The notes beneath the pieces were generated by a model. It was not told where the DNA came from. It made no database searches and was given only the letters and a program-made list of their open reading frames with translations. A DNA stretch of 64,000 nucleotides from contig JBFWZA010000013.1 in assembly GCA_050185825.1 (NCBI GenBank), positions 76,445-140,444 on the forward strand. The letters run 5' to 3'. The translations under genes and the position numbers were made by a program. Below are positions 9,166 to 19,175 of this stretch, piece by piece (position 1 is the first letter of the stretch; the number at the start of each line of letters is the position of its first letter). This DNA is from Pseudomonadales bacterium (GTDB lineage Bacteria > Pseudomonadota > Gammaproteobacteria > Pseudomonadales > Azotimanducaceae).

Positions 9166-9201
9166 AGCCGTTCGCAGATTTCAGGGTCCTGAAAAAGAAA
9201 A

Positions 9202-9233
9202 ACCGCCGGCCTGGAGAGGTAGCCGGCGGTTTT
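9202..9233 (+). terminator. rho-independent terminator of the mscS-like gene
   Basis: ACCGCCGGC - 11-nt loop - GCCGGCGGT followed by TTT. An A-run lies upstream, so it may work in both directions. Confidence 0.6.
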
Positions 9234-9464
9234 GAGGTGATCCCGTTCTCTTCGCGTTAGCCTTGGTCCGCGAAGCGGGATCGCAAGGGGATAAAGACCA
9301 CGAATCGAATGTTGCTCTCCTTATCTCTTGGAGTCTCCTTGAGAGGGGAGGGCTGCATATCGGTACGCGTCTGATGATCACTATGCTCGAAAGCTGTTTC
9401 GGGGTAATTGCGCCTGCCCGGTTTTCTGTATCAATTTGTTACCCCGGCGGGCCTCACCGAACGC

Positions 9465-10751
9465 TCAGACGAGACTGACGATCACATCCGTTCCGCCTCC
9501 GGGCGGATCTTCGATGCGCACGCGCCAGCCATGCGCCTGACAGAGCTGCAGCACGATGGCGAGCCCGAGACCGCTGCCGCCGGTGACGCTGCTTCGTGAG
9601 CTGTCCAGTCGGAAGAACGGCTGAAAAACCTGCTCCTTGAACTCATCCGGTATCCCCGGTCCCGAGTCGATGACGTGGATGTCGGTGCCTGCCAGGCGCA
9701 CCCGCACCCGATCGCCGTGCTGCTGCGCGTTGCTGATGAGGTTGGTGAGCACCCGCTTCAGCGCCCCCGCGGCAAGCTTGAGCCTGAGGTCCGGATTACC
9801 CTCCGCCGAGAACGGAATCCGCGGGTCGCAGGCCTCCACCACGTCCTCGACAAACGGCCGCACCACCACGTCACGCGGCGCTTCTCCGGTTCCCCGGGCG
9901 AAGCGCAGCGCATCACCGATGAGAGAGTCCATGGTCTCCAGGTTGCGCTCGAACCGGGCCACCAGCTTCGGGTCCACGTCCGCAGGCAGCAGCTCCAGCG
10001 CCAGCCGCATGCGGGTAAGCGGCGTGCGGAGATCGTGGGAGATCCCGGCCAGCAGCGTGGTGCGGTTCGACAGCAGCGCCGATATCTCTCTGGCCATGGT
10101 GTTGAAGTTGCGGGCCAGCGACACGAGCTCCCGAGGACCTTCCTCCGGCAGCGGCTCGAAGTTCTCACCACCACGGAACGACTCCACCCGTTCCGCGGCC
10201 TGCACCAGCGGACGTGTGATCCGCTGAACGATGATCAGCGAGGTCAGAAACACGATGGCGGCGCCGAGCGCCAGGATGATCACCCCGACGTAGAGGGGTT
10301 GAATGTCACGCCGGCTGGGCGAGAAGCCGATCTGCAGGTTGTGGCCGCCCATGGTCACGTCCAGCCAGATCAGCTCATCGCCCTCGAGCAGGGTGACCGG
10401 TTGATCCAGCCGCTCGCTGAGCTGCTCCTCCACCAGGCTGAGATAGGGCTGCTCCAGAGGCGCATCGGCGAGCTGGCGCGGCTCGTCCGTGACGATCAGG
10501 TCGTGGTTCTGCGCCAGCTCCAGCTCGAAGTAGGGACGGGCGGTGGGCGGCAGCTCGACCCAGGTCTGGGCGGAGAGCACGAGCAGCGCCGCCTCGTCGT
10601 TGGCCGACTGCTGGGCGATGGGCTCGATGAGGTAGACGTTCAGAGCCGCAATGGAGACCAGCGCGATGAGGAAGGAGCTGACCGCGAGGGTCAGGTTGGT
10701 GCGGGCGAGGAGGGACCCCTGGCCGAACCGCCGACGCGGCTCAGCCATCAC
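9465..10751 (-). CDS. two-component sensor histidine kinase (EnvZ-like)
   Basis: Two TM segments with a periplasmic loop, a HAMP region, H-box GISHDLRTPLTRM, an N-box NLISNA, and a G-box GGSGLGLAIV. The start is GTG 10751 or ATG 10748, and it overlaps the regulator stop. Confidence 0.9.
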   Translation of the reverse strand: MMAEPRRRFGQGSLLARTNLTLAVSSFLIALVSIAALNVYLIEPIAQQSANDEAALLVLSAQTWVELPPTARPYFELELAQNHDLIVTDEPRQLADAPLEQPYLSLVEEQLSERLDQPVTLLEGDELIWLDVTMGGHNLQIGFSPSRRDIQPLYVGVIILALGAAIVFLTSLIIVQRITRPLVQAAERVESFRGGENFEPLPEEGPRELVSLARNFNTMAREISALLSNRTTLLAGISHDLRTPLTRMRLALELLPADVDPKLVARFERNLETMDSLIGDALRFARGTGEAPRDVVVRPFVEDVVEACDPRIPFSAEGNPDLRLKLAAGALKRVLTNLISNAQQHGDRVRVRLAGTDIHVIDSGPGIPDEFKEQVFQPFFRLDSSRSSVTGGSGLGLAIVLQLCQAHGWRVRIEDPPGGGTDVIVSLV

Positions 10752-11454
10752 CGTCCGGGCAGAACATGTAGCCCTTGCCCCAGACCGTTTTGATGTACAC
10801 CGGTGCCGACGGGTCCGCCTCGATCTTGCCGCGCAGACGGGTCACCCGGACATCGATGCTCCGATCGAAAGGTGAGCGTTCCGCGCCGGTCAGCAGATCC
10901 AGTATCCGATCCCTGTCCAGCACCTTGTTAGGGTTGGCCACGAGAATGCTCAGCAGATCGAACTCACCGGACGTCAGCGCCACCGGCTCGCCCTTTCTCG
11001 TCAGGCGGTGAGAAGCGATGTCGAGCTCGAACTGTCCGAAACGGACCTTGCCGTCCGCGGGCGCGTCCATGGCCACGCTGCTGCCGGAACGACGGAGCAC
11101 GGCACGGATCCGGGCGAGAAGCTCCCGGGGATTGAAAGGCTTGGCAAGGTAGTCGTCCGCCCCGACCTCGAGGCCGACGATGCGATCCACATCGTCGCCC
11201 TGAGCGGACACCATGACGATGGGCATACGGCTCTCGTTCTTCAGCCGTCTGGCAATGGCGAGACCGTGCTCGCCCGGCAGCATGAGGTCGAGCACGATGA
11301 GATCCACGGGATGCTCGGCGAGATAGGCATCCATGGCCTCGCCGCTGTCCACGCAGTGGACGTCGAATCCCTGCTGGGTGAGGTAGGCCTGGGTCAACTC
11401 GCGGATTTCGGGGTCGTCGTCGACCACCAGCAGCTTGGCAGCTTCGCCGTCCAA
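10741..11454 (-). CDS. OmpR-family response regulator
   Basis: Receiver domain (KLLVVDDDPEIRE...LIVLDLMLPG) plus winged-helix output domain (TVWGKGYMF). There is no in-frame ATG near the domain start. By homology spacing, TTG at 11454 (MDGEAAKLLVVDDD) is the best start. The 316-aa track ORF would overlap the upstream gene. Confidence 0.8.
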   Translation of the reverse strand: MDGEAAKLLVVDDDPEIRELTQAYLTQQGFDVHCVDSGEAMDAYLAEHPVDLIVLDLMLPGEHGLAIARRLKNESRMPIVMVSAQGDDVDRIVGLEVGADDYLAKPFNPRELLARIRAVLRRSGSSVAMDAPADGKVRFGQFELDIASHRLTRKGEPVALTSGEFDLLSILVANPNKVLDRDRILDLLTGAERSPFDRSIDVRVTRLRGKIEADPSAPVYIKTVWGKGYMFCPDGDG

Positions 11455-11464
11455 CGGGTGTTCG

Positions 11465-12079
11465 CTAAGGTGTGACGTCGGTGACCCGGACAACCGGCGG
11501 CTCGAACGCGCCACCAGTGCCGTTCGGGTCGCGGGGCTCACCGTTCCCGGCAGCTTCTCCCGTGGGGGTTCCTGCGACCTCGGCGCTGCGGTGCTCGAAT
11601 CCGACGCCGAAGCCCCTTCCGGAAGACAGCGCCTCCCGATCCGGTGTGATGCGCACGACCTTCGTTTCGATCTTGAGGTACTGGCCGCCACCGTACACCC
11701 GTCCGTAGCGTCGCTGGGTGCGGATCATGAGCACGCCGTCCCGGTCTTTGCGCTGGGCCATGCGCATCTTCACTTCCCGCAGGAGGGCTTCCTTTTCGTC
11801 CTTGTTCAGGCTGTCCCACTGAGCACCCACCCGGGTCAGCTCGTGGTCAGAGGCGCCGGAGTAGTCCGGCAGACGTTTGAGGGGGGAATCCACGAGCTGC
11901 TCGATGCTCCTGGTTTCCGGGGCGGCGGTCTCGACGGTCTGGGCAGCCGCGTCGGCGCCGGAGGCCGTCAGCAGCGCACAGAGTGACAACCAGACAGGCG
12001 ACAGCCAGACGGCCGGAAAGGGTCGTCTATGGTAGGTAATCTGACGTATCGAGTGGCGCTCAGATCCAAAAAGTCGCAT
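11465..12079 (-). CDS. secreted protein of unknown function, first gene of the two-component operon
   Basis: ORF 11465..12148 with a likely signal peptide (AVWLSPVWLSLCALLTASGADA). The start is ATG 12079 or 12148. The stop lies 10 nt before the regulator start. Confidence 0.55.
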   Translation of the reverse strand: MRLFGSERHSIRQITYHRRPFPAVWLSPVWLSLCALLTASGADAAAQTVETAAPETRSIEQLVDSPLKRLPDYSGASDHELTRVGAQWDSLNKDEKEALLREVKMRMAQRKDRDGVLMIRTQRRYGRVYGGGQYLKIETKVVRITPDREALSSGRGFGVGFEHRSAEVAGTPTGEAAGNGEPRDPNGTGGAFEPPVVRVTDVTP

Positions 12080-12199
12080 ATATCCTCGGCTACGCCCGGG
12101 ATGACGCACAGCCGCCGGTATTCTGACCGGCGGCTGTTTCATCGCCATTTCCCGCCAGTTTCATTTTGTAACCAGCGGGACTCCGGCAGTCCGGAGGCT

Positions 12200-13384
12200 T
12201 CAGGCGGCCTCGAAGAGGCCTGCGGCGCCCTGACCACCGCCGATGCACATGGTGACGACACCATACTTCTTGCCGCGGCGCTTGAGCTCACGAAGCACCA
12301 GGCCCGTCTGCCGGGAGCCGGTCATCCCGAACGGGTGGCCGATGCTGATGCTGCCGCCGAGCACGTTGTAAAGCTCGTTGGGCAGTCCCAGCTTGTCGCG
12401 GCAGTACAGGCACTGGGAGGCGAACGCCTCGTTCAGCTCCCACAGATCGATGTCGTCCTGCTCGAGGCCGGCATTCTTCAGCAATCGCGGAATGGCGAAC
12501 ACCGGACCGATGCCCATCTCGTCCGGCTCGCAGCCGGCCACCGTGAAGCCGCGGTAGATACCGATGGGCTCGACACCGAGCTGCGCGGCGCGTTCGGCGC
12601 TCATCAGCAGCGTCATGGAGGCGCCGTCGGACAGCTGCGAGGCGTTGCCTGCAGTCACGGTGCCGTCCTCCTCGAACGCCGGCGGCAGGCCAGCGAGCCC
12701 TTCCAGGGTCGTGTTCGGACGGTTGCACTCGTCCTTGTCCACGGTGACCTGCACCCGGCTCTCCTCGCCCGTTTCCTTGTCCACCTTCAGCATGGTGGCG
12801 GTCATGGGCACGATCTCTTCCGCGATCTTGCCCGCCTCCACCGCGGCGGCATAACGCTGCTGGCTCTGCAGCGCGTACTCGTCCTGCATTTCCCGGGTGA
12901 CCTGGTAGCGGCGCGCCACCACTTCGGCGGTGTTGCCCATGGCCATGAAGATCTCCGGCTTCTCTTCCAGCAGACGCTTGTTCTGCTTGGCCTTGCCCGG
13001 CTCCTGGCGGGTGCGCATGGAGATGGAGTCGGCGCCGCCGGCGATGGCGACCTGGGTCTGCCCCGAGGCGATCTGATTGGCGGCGAGCGCGATGGACTGC
13101 AGTCCGGAGGAGCAGAACCGGTTGATGGTCATGCCCGCGGTGGTGATCGGCAGGTTCGACAGCACCACGGCCAGCCTGGCCAGGTTGCCGTCCTGCTCAC
13201 CCACATGGCTCGCGGCACCGACGATGACGTCCTCCACCTCGTCCGGGCTGACCTTCGAGTTCCGCTCGAGCAGCGCGTTGATGCAGTGCGCGAGCATGTC
13301 GTCCGAGCGGGTCAGGTTGAAGCTGCCCCGGAAGGCCTTGGCGAGGCCGGTGCGAACGCTGTCGACGATAACGACGTCTTTCAT
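12200..13384 (-). CDS. acetyl-CoA C-acyltransferase (thiolase)
   Basis: ORF 12200..13495 trimmed to ATG 13384 ([12 protein letters not shown]). Active-site Cys in NRFCSSGLQ, with the C-terminal motifs GHPFGMTG and CIGGGQG. Confidence 0.9.
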   Translation of the reverse strand: MKDVVIVDSVRTGLAKAFRGSFNLTRSDDMLAHCINALLERNSKVSPDEVEDVIVGAASHVGEQDGNLARLAVVLSNLPITTAGMTINRFCSSGLQSIALAANQIASGQTQVAIAGGADSISMRTRQEPGKAKQNKRLLEEKPEIFMAMGNTAEVVARRYQVTREMQDEYALQSQQRYAAAVEAGKIAEEIVPMTATMLKVDKETGEESRVQVTVDKDECNRPNTTLEGLAGLPPAFEEDGTVTAGNASQLSDGASMTLLMSAERAAQLGVEPIGIYRGFTVAGCEPDEMGIGPVFAIPRLLKNAGLEQDDIDLWELNEAFASQCLYCRDKLGLPNELYNVLGGSISIGHPFGMTGSRQTGLVLRELKRRGKKYGVVTMCIGGGQGAAGLFEAA

Positions 13385-13545
13385 GAGTATCCCCCAGTGG
13401 TTTTGAGCAGTTTCCTGTCGAGCCGGGCATGTTACTCCCCGCTCCGGAGCGGCGCCAGCCGCCGGGCCGGCCCGTATCCAGCCCCATCGGGGCACCCCGC
13501 GAGCGGCGTGTTAAGCTTAGCCGCCCACGGGTAGGGGGAACGCTG

Positions 13546-14397
13546 GTGACTTCGATGCCTACGACAAGGCTCGCGGACGGCCTGTGCTTCGGCGAGGGGC
13601 CACGCTGGCATGACGGCGCGCTGTGGCTCTCGGACATGCACGCACACGAGGTTCTCAGGTTCTCCCCGGACGGCACGCGAAGCCGCGTGGTGGGCGTCGA
13701 CAACCGGCCTTCCGGGCTCGGCTGGCTGCCGAACGGCGACCTGCTCATCGTCTCCATGACGGATCGCTCGGTGCTCCGCTTCGACGGCGGCCATCTGTCC
13801 GTGCATGCGGACCTCTCGAACCTCGCGTCCTTTTACTGCAACGACATGGTGGTGGATGGCCACGGCCGGGCCTATGTCGGCAACTTCGGTTTCGACTTCA
13901 ACGGCGGCGCCCAGCCCGGGCCCGCGGAGCTCATCTGCGTGGAGCCGGATGGCAGCGCCAGGATCGTGGCGGACGGCCTGATGTTTCCGAACGGCACGGT
14001 GATCACGCCGGATGGCGGCACACTGATCGTCGCCGAGTCCTTCGGCGCCCGGCTCACCGCCTTCGATGTGGCCGCCGACGGCGATCTCTGCAACCGGCGG
14101 GTCTGGGCCGAGCTGCCGCGCGGCGCCATCCCGGACGGCATCTGCCTGGACGCGGAAGGCGGCATCTGGTCCGCGTCGCCGACCACCTGCGAGTGCATCC
14201 GCCAGGTCATCGGCGGCGAGATCACCCACCGTGTGGAGGTCGATCAGGGCGCCTTCGCCTGCATGCTCGGCGGTGCGGACGGGCACACGCTCTACGTGCT
14301 GACCGCCGACTCCTCCGACCCCGACGAGTGCCGGGCACACCGCCAGGGCAGGATCGAGGTCAGCCAGGCGCCCTATCCCGGTGCCGGCTGGCCCTGA
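13546..14397 (+). CDS. SMP-30/gluconolactonase/LRE family protein
   Basis: Beta-propeller lactonase pattern (GEGPRWHDGALWLSD, NDMVVDGHGRAYVGN, FPNGTVITPDG, PDGICLDAEGGIW). The start is GTG 13546, which is 6 nt after AGGGGGA, or ATG 13555. Confidence 0.8.
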   Translation: MTSMPTTRLADGLCFGEGPRWHDGALWLSDMHAHEVLRFSPDGTRSRVVGVDNRPSGLGWLPNGDLLIVSMTDRSVLRFDGGHLSVHADLSNLASFYCNDMVVDGHGRAYVGNFGFDFNGGAQPGPAELICVEPDGSARIVADGLMFPNGTVITPDGGTLIVAESFGARLTAFDVAADGDLCNRRVWAELPRGAIPDGICLDAEGGIWSASPTTCECIRQVIGGEITHRVEVDQGAFACMLGGADGHTLYVLTADSSDPDECRAHRQGRIEVSQAPYPGAGWP

Positions 14398-15697
14398 GGA
14401 GCCTGGGTCGGTCGGCCTGGGTCAATACTGGCGTTTCTACTGGCCGCTCGCCCTGACGGGCGTGGCCATGGTGCTCGGCGTGCAGTTTCAGAACGCCGCG
14501 CTCGCCCGCTACCCCGAGGCCGTCACCGAGCTGGCGGTATTCGCCCTGGGCTACGGCACCTTCGGCTTCTTCCGAGCCAGCCTGAACTTCATCGCCCAGC
14601 TGTCCAACGTCTTCGCCCGGAGCGAGACGGGCACCCGCCGCTGTCACCGCTTCGTGCTCGCCGTCAGCGTGATCATCATGGGGCCCCTGATTCTGCTCGG
14701 CTGGAGCGACGCGGGTGGGCGGCTGATCGCGGCGCTCTACGGCACCGATGCGGCGCTCACCGCCCGGGTGCAGGAGTACCTGATCTACCTCGCGCCGATC
14801 ATCCTGCTGGGTGCGCAGCGTTTCTACTACACCGGCCTGCTGGTCCAGGCCCGGCTGACGGGCTGGGTGACCAACCTGAACGTGCTGTTTCTGGCCATCC
14901 AGATTGCCGGACTGGTCGCCGGCTTCAGCCTGGGACTGAGACCCGTGCTGGTGCTGGTGGGCTCCGAGGTCCTGGCCGTCCTCTGTCAGGTGGCGGCGAC
15001 GCTGTGGGTGAAGGGCCGCTACTACCGGCTGCCTGCAATCGCCGAGCACGAGCGGCTGACCTACCGCGAGCTGGTGAGTTTCTTCATCCCGGTGTCCATG
15101 ACCGGCGTCATGTTCGCGTTGAGCCGCCCGGTGCTCTACGCCTTCGTCAGCAGAGCCCCGGACGGGCTGACAGCCATCGCCGCCATGCGCGTGGCCTTCG
15201 ACTTCTCCATGCTCTTCCAGCAGGCGGCCAATCAGTTCAGGCACTTCTTCGTCACCTTCGGGCTCGACGACCTGCCCGGGAAGCGGCGATTCATGGCCCT
15301 CATCGCCGTGGCGCTCACGGGCATCATGCTGGTCTTCGCGCTGACGCCGCTCCAGGCCTGGATCTGGCGCGACCTGATGCGCATTCCCGACGACGTGCGC
15401 CCACTGTCCGTGCAGGTGTTTTTCATCATGTGCGCCATGCCCGTCGTCATCATCATCCGCAACTACTTCCACGGCGCCCTGATGGTGGAACGACGCACGG
15501 CCGGCATGGCGCTCGGCAGCGTGCTGCGCGTGGTCGGCATCTATCTCGGCGCCCAGGTCTGCTTCTCGCTGGGTCAGCTCGACCACGTCACCGCCTCGGT
15601 GATCCTGCTCCTCGGCTTCGTGATCGAGACGCTGGTGGTGATTCAGGCCACCGCGAGAGGCCAGGGCGAGCGGGTGAAGGCCACCGCGAACAGATAG
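14381..15697 (+). CDS. MOP-superfamily (MATE-like) polytopic membrane protein
   Basis: 438-aa ORF with about 12 hydrophobic helices. It is preferred over the Arg/His-rich antisense ORF 14360..15817. The substrate is unknown. Confidence 0.6.
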   Translation: MPAGPEEPGSVGLGQYWRFYWPLALTGVAMVLGVQFQNAALARYPEAVTELAVFALGYGTFGFFRASLNFIAQLSNVFARSETGTRRCHRFVLAVSVIIMGPLILLGWSDAGGRLIAALYGTDAALTARVQEYLIYLAPIILLGAQRFYYTGLLVQARLTGWVTNLNVLFLAIQIAGLVAGFSLGLRPVLVLVGSEVLAVLCQVAATLWVKGRYYRLPAIAEHERLTYRELVSFFIPVSMTGVMFALSRPVLYAFVSRAPDGLTAIAAMRVAFDFSMLFQQAANQFRHFFVTFGLDDLPGKRRFMALIAVALTGIMLVFALTPLQAWIWRDLMRIPDDVRPLSVQVFFIMCAMPVVIIIRNYFHGALMVERRTAGMALGSVLRVVGIYLGAQVCFSLGQLDHVTASVILLLGFVIETLVVIQATARGQGERVKATANR

Positions 15698-16011
15698 ACC
15701 AACGCCAGCAGCGCAGCGACGAAGCCGAAGATCTTCAGCGCTTTCGTCTGCGCCCGCATGGTCAGCACCCCGAAGCCGATGTAGGCGAGGAGCGCCGTCA
15801 TCTTCGCCGCCAGCCACGGATCACCCAGGGATGCGCCGATCCTGAAGGCGAGCATCACGCCGAGCGTCAGCAGCGCGGTATCCACCAGGTGCGGCACCAC
15901 GCGGACCCAACGCTCGTTCCGCTGCGGCGAATCGAGCACCGACCAGAACCCGCGTAGCAGAAAACCCGCAGCGGTGAGAAAGGCCAGCGTGATGTGGAAG
16001 CTCTTGAGCAC
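15643..16011 (-). CDS. SirB2 (YchQ) family membrane protein
   Basis: ORF 15643..16092 trimmed to GTG 16011, which is 5 nt after GGAG. Four TM helices and a YchQ-like pattern (RWVRVVPHLVDTALLTLG, WLAAKMTALLAYIGFG). Confidence 0.65.
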   Translation of the reverse strand: MLKSFHITLAFLTAAGFLLRGFWSVLDSPQRNERWVRVVPHLVDTALLTLGVMLAFRIGASLGDPWLAAKMTALLAYIGFGVLTMRAQTKALKIFGFVAALLALVYLFAVAFTRSPWPLAVA

Positions 16012-16078
16012 GGCAACTCCTCTGCGATCAGATCGACTATGATCCCCGAGAACGACAAGAAACGACAAACCCTTCCCC

Positions 16079-17500
16079 ATGGATGAGCTCATCGATCAGG
16101 CCATGCGGCCACTGGCCGACGCGGTCGCGGGATTCATTTTCTTCTCGGTCAGGATCGGTGCTGCGGAGCTGCCCCTCATCGTCGCCTGGCTGATCGGTGG
16201 CGGGGTGTTCTTCACGCTGTATTTCCGCTTCATCAACATCCGCGGATTCGCACACGCGCTGCACCTCGTTCAGGGCCGCTACGACAATCACGAGGACCCG
16301 GGGGAGATCAGCCACTTCCAGGCGCTGACGGCTGCCGTATCGGGCACCGTCGGCATCGGCAACATCGCCGGTGTGGCCGTGGCGATCTCCATGGGTGGCC
16401 CGGGCGCCACGTTCTGGCTGATCGTTGCCGGTCTGCTCGGCATGTCTACCAAGTTCGCGGAGTGCACACTGGGGCTCCGCTACCGCGTCCACCACGACGA
16501 CGGCTCCGTGTCCGGCGGCCCCATGTACTACCTGGAGGAGGGCCTGAAGGCCCGCAACCTGCCGCGGATCGGCAAGGCGCTCGGCGCGTTCTACGCCGCG
16601 GCCATGGTCATCGGCTGCCTGGGCATCGGCAACATGTTCCAGTCCAACCAGGCAGCCGCGATCCTGATCAACGTCACCGGCGCCGAGGACAGCCCGCTCG
16701 CCGGCCGGGCCTGGCTGGTGGGGCTCGGCCTGGCCCTGGCCGTGGTGCTGGTGATCATCGGCGGCATCCGCTCCATCGCCCGCACCACCGCCCGGCTGGT
16801 GCCCGGCATGGCCATCCTCTACCTGCTCACCGCCCTGTTGATCCTGGTGCTGAACGCCTCGTCGCTGCCCGGCGCCTTCGCCGCCATCTGGACGGGTGCC
16901 TTCACCCCGGAAGGCATCACCGGCGGCATGATCGGCGTGATCATCATCGGCTTCCGCCGCGCCGTGTTCTCGAACGAGGCCGGTCTCGGCTCCGCGGCCA
17001 TCGCCCATGCCACCGCCCGCACCCGGTATCCGGTCCGGGAAGGCTACGTCGCGCTGCTGGAGCCGTTCATCGACACGGTCGTCATCTGCACCGTGACAGC
17101 GCTGGTCATCATCACCACCGTCTACGAGCCGTCGCTCTCCGGCGCGGAGGTGAGCGGCATCGAGCTCACCACCCGGGCCTTCGGCAGCACTCTCTGGTGG
17201 ACACCCGTACCGCTGTCCGTTGCCGCGATCCTGTTCGCGTTCTCGACCATGATCACCTGGTCCTACTACGGGGTGAAGGCGTTCACCTACCTGGTTGGTC
17301 ACCACCGCTGGGCGGATCTGGGCTTCAAGCTCTTTTTCCTGCTGTTCGTCATACTCGGCGCCAGCGTGCAGCTCGGCGCGGTGGTGGACCTCTCCGACGC
17401 CCTGGTGTTCGTGGTCGCCATTCCCAACCTGCTGGGCCTGTGCCTGATGGCCCCCCTGATCAAGAAGGAGCTCACCGACTATGAATCGACGCTTCGCTGA
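16079..17500 (+). CDS. alanine/glycine:cation symporter (AGCS family)
   Basis: 473-aa polytopic ORF with AGCS signatures (ISHFQALTAAVSGTVGIGNIAGVAVAISMGGPGATFW, FSNEAGLGSAAIAHA). Confidence 0.9.
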   Translation: MDELIDQAMRPLADAVAGFIFFSVRIGAAELPLIVAWLIGGGVFFTLYFRFINIRGFAHALHLVQGRYDNHEDPGEISHFQALTAAVSGTVGIGNIAGVAVAISMGGPGATFWLIVAGLLGMSTKFAECTLGLRYRVHHDDGSVSGGPMYYLEEGLKARNLPRIGKALGAFYAAAMVIGCLGIGNMFQSNQAAAILINVTGAEDSPLAGRAWLVGLGLALAVVLVIIGGIRSIARTTARLVPGMAILYLLTALLILVLNASSLPGAFAAIWTGAFTPEGITGGMIGVIIIGFRRAVFSNEAGLGSAAIAHATARTRYPVREGYVALLEPFIDTVVICTVTALVIITTVYEPSLSGAEVSGIELTTRAFGSTLWWTPVPLSVAAILFAFSTMITWSYYGVKAFTYLVGHHRWADLGFKLFFLLFVILGASVQLGAVVDLSDALVFVVAIPNLLGLCLMAPLIKKELTDYESTLR

Positions 17501-19175
17501 CTGGCTCCTGCCGGCACTGTCGCTGGCGGTATCGTCCACCCAGGCCGCCGAGCCGGCCGATCATCTGTTCACCGGCGAGCACATCATCACCATGACGGCG
17601 TCGGATGCGGATCCCGACCGGAGGCCGACGGCGGTGGCCGTGCGCGGCGACAACATCGTCTGGATCGGCGACGCGCGCGAGGCCGAGCCCTGGACCGGAC
17701 CTGACACGAAGCGCCACGAGCTCGGCGGCCGGGCGCTGCTGCCCGGTTTCCTGGATGCACACGGCCACCTGACCTATCTGGCCGCCACCCTGGACTGGGC
17801 GAACCTGGCCTCGCCGCCCGTGGGCCCGGTGACAGACCTGCCCACGTTGCAGTCGACGCTCGCAGCGTTCATCGAGGAACGGGAAATTCCCGCAGGCGCG
17901 TGGGTGATCGGCAACGGCTACGACGACTCGCTGCTCGCCGAGCGTCGACATCCCGAGCGCGCGGAGCTCGACGCCGTGTCCAGGAGCCATCCCATCGTGC
18001 TGATCCACGTTTCCGGGCACCTCATGGCGGCGAACTCCCTGGCACTGGCGCAGGCCGGCATCGATGCCGAGACCATGGATCCACCGGGCGGGCACATACG
18101 CCGGCAGGCCGGCAGCCGCGAGCCGAACGGCGTGCTGGAGGAAACGGCCACCTACCCGCTGCGCGCGCAGATCTCGAAGCCCCGCGGCAACCCGATGGAT
18201 GCGCTGGCCAGCGCGCTTTCGACCTATGCGAGCTACGGCATCACCACGGTGCAGGACGGCGCCATAGCGGAACCCATGATCAGCCTGCTCACGTCTGCGG
18301 CGGACGCCCACGCCCTGACCCTGGACGTGGTCGTCTATCCCGTCGTCAGCAGCCCCGACACCGGCGCCGTGGCAGACCGATCCTTTGGTTCCTACCACAA
18401 TCGACTCAAGTTCGGCGGCGTCAAGCTGCTGCTCGACGGCTCGCCTCAGGGCAAGACGGCCTACCTCACCCGGCCCTACTTCGTGCCGCCCGACGGCAAG
18501 CCGGCGGACTATCGGGGCTATCCCACCTATCCGGACGAGAAGGTGAACGCCATGGTGAATGCCTACCTGGATGCCGGCATCCCCATCATCGCCCACGCCA
18601 ACGGCGATGCCGCCGCCGACCAGCTGCTTGCCGCGGTGAGCGCCGCAGAGCCCGGGGCGGACCACCGCACCGTGATGATCCACGCCCAGACGGTGCGTGA
18701 CGACCAGCTCGACGGCATGAAAGCGCTCGGCGTGATTCCGTCGTTCTTCTCCACGCACGTCTTCTTCTGGGGCGACTGGCACCGTGATTCGGTGCTCGGG
18801 CCCGAGCGCGGCGCGCGGATCAGCCCCACACGCTCCGCAACCGTCCGGGACATCCCGTTTACCATCCACAACGACGCGCCCGTGGTGCCCCCGGACGTGA
18901 TCCGCCTCCTCTGGGCCACCACCGCCCGCACGACCCGATCCGGCGCGGTGCTCGGTGCCGATCAGGGCCTGACGGTGTACGAGGCGCTGACCGCCACCAC
19001 CCGGAACGCGGCGCGCCAGTACTTCGAGGAGGACCGCAAGGGCACGCTGGCAGCGGGCATGCAGGCGGACCTGGTGATCCTGTCCGAGGATCCGCTGTCG
19101 GTGCCGCCGGAGGATCTGCTCCGGGTCCAGGTCAGCGAGACCTGGTCCCGCGGGCGGCAGGTGTACGCGCGCTAG
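17481..19175 (+). CDS. secreted metal-dependent amidohydrolase (Amidohydro_3 / YtcJ-like)
   Basis: Signal peptide MNRRFADWLLPALSLAVSSTQA. Metal ligand motifs DAHGHL, HVSGH, HANGDAA, HNDAPV. The start overlaps the AGCS gene by 20 nt. Confidence 0.85.
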   Translation: MNRRFADWLLPALSLAVSSTQAAEPADHLFTGEHIITMTASDADPDRRPTAVAVRGDNIVWIGDAREAEPWTGPDTKRHELGGRALLPGFLDAHGHLTYLAATLDWANLASPPVGPVTDLPTLQSTLAAFIEEREIPAGAWVIGNGYDDSLLAERRHPERAELDAVSRSHPIVLIHVSGHLMAANSLALAQAGIDAETMDPPGGHIRRQAGSREPNGVLEETATYPLRAQISKPRGNPMDALASALSTYASYGITTVQDGAIAEPMISLLTSAADAHALTLDVVVYPVVSSPDTGAVADRSFGSYHNRLKFGGVKLLLDGSPQGKTAYLTRPYFVPPDGKPADYRGYPTYPDEKVNAMVNAYLDAGIPIIAHANGDAAADQLLAAVSAAEPGADHRTVMIHAQTVRDDQLDGMKALGVIPSFFSTHVFFWGDWHRDSVLGPERGARISPTRSATVRDIPFTIHNDAPVVPPDVIRLLWATTARTTRSGAVLGADQGLTVYEALTATTRNAARQYFEEDRKGTLAAGMQADLVILSEDPLSVPPEDLLRVQVSETWSRGRQVYAR

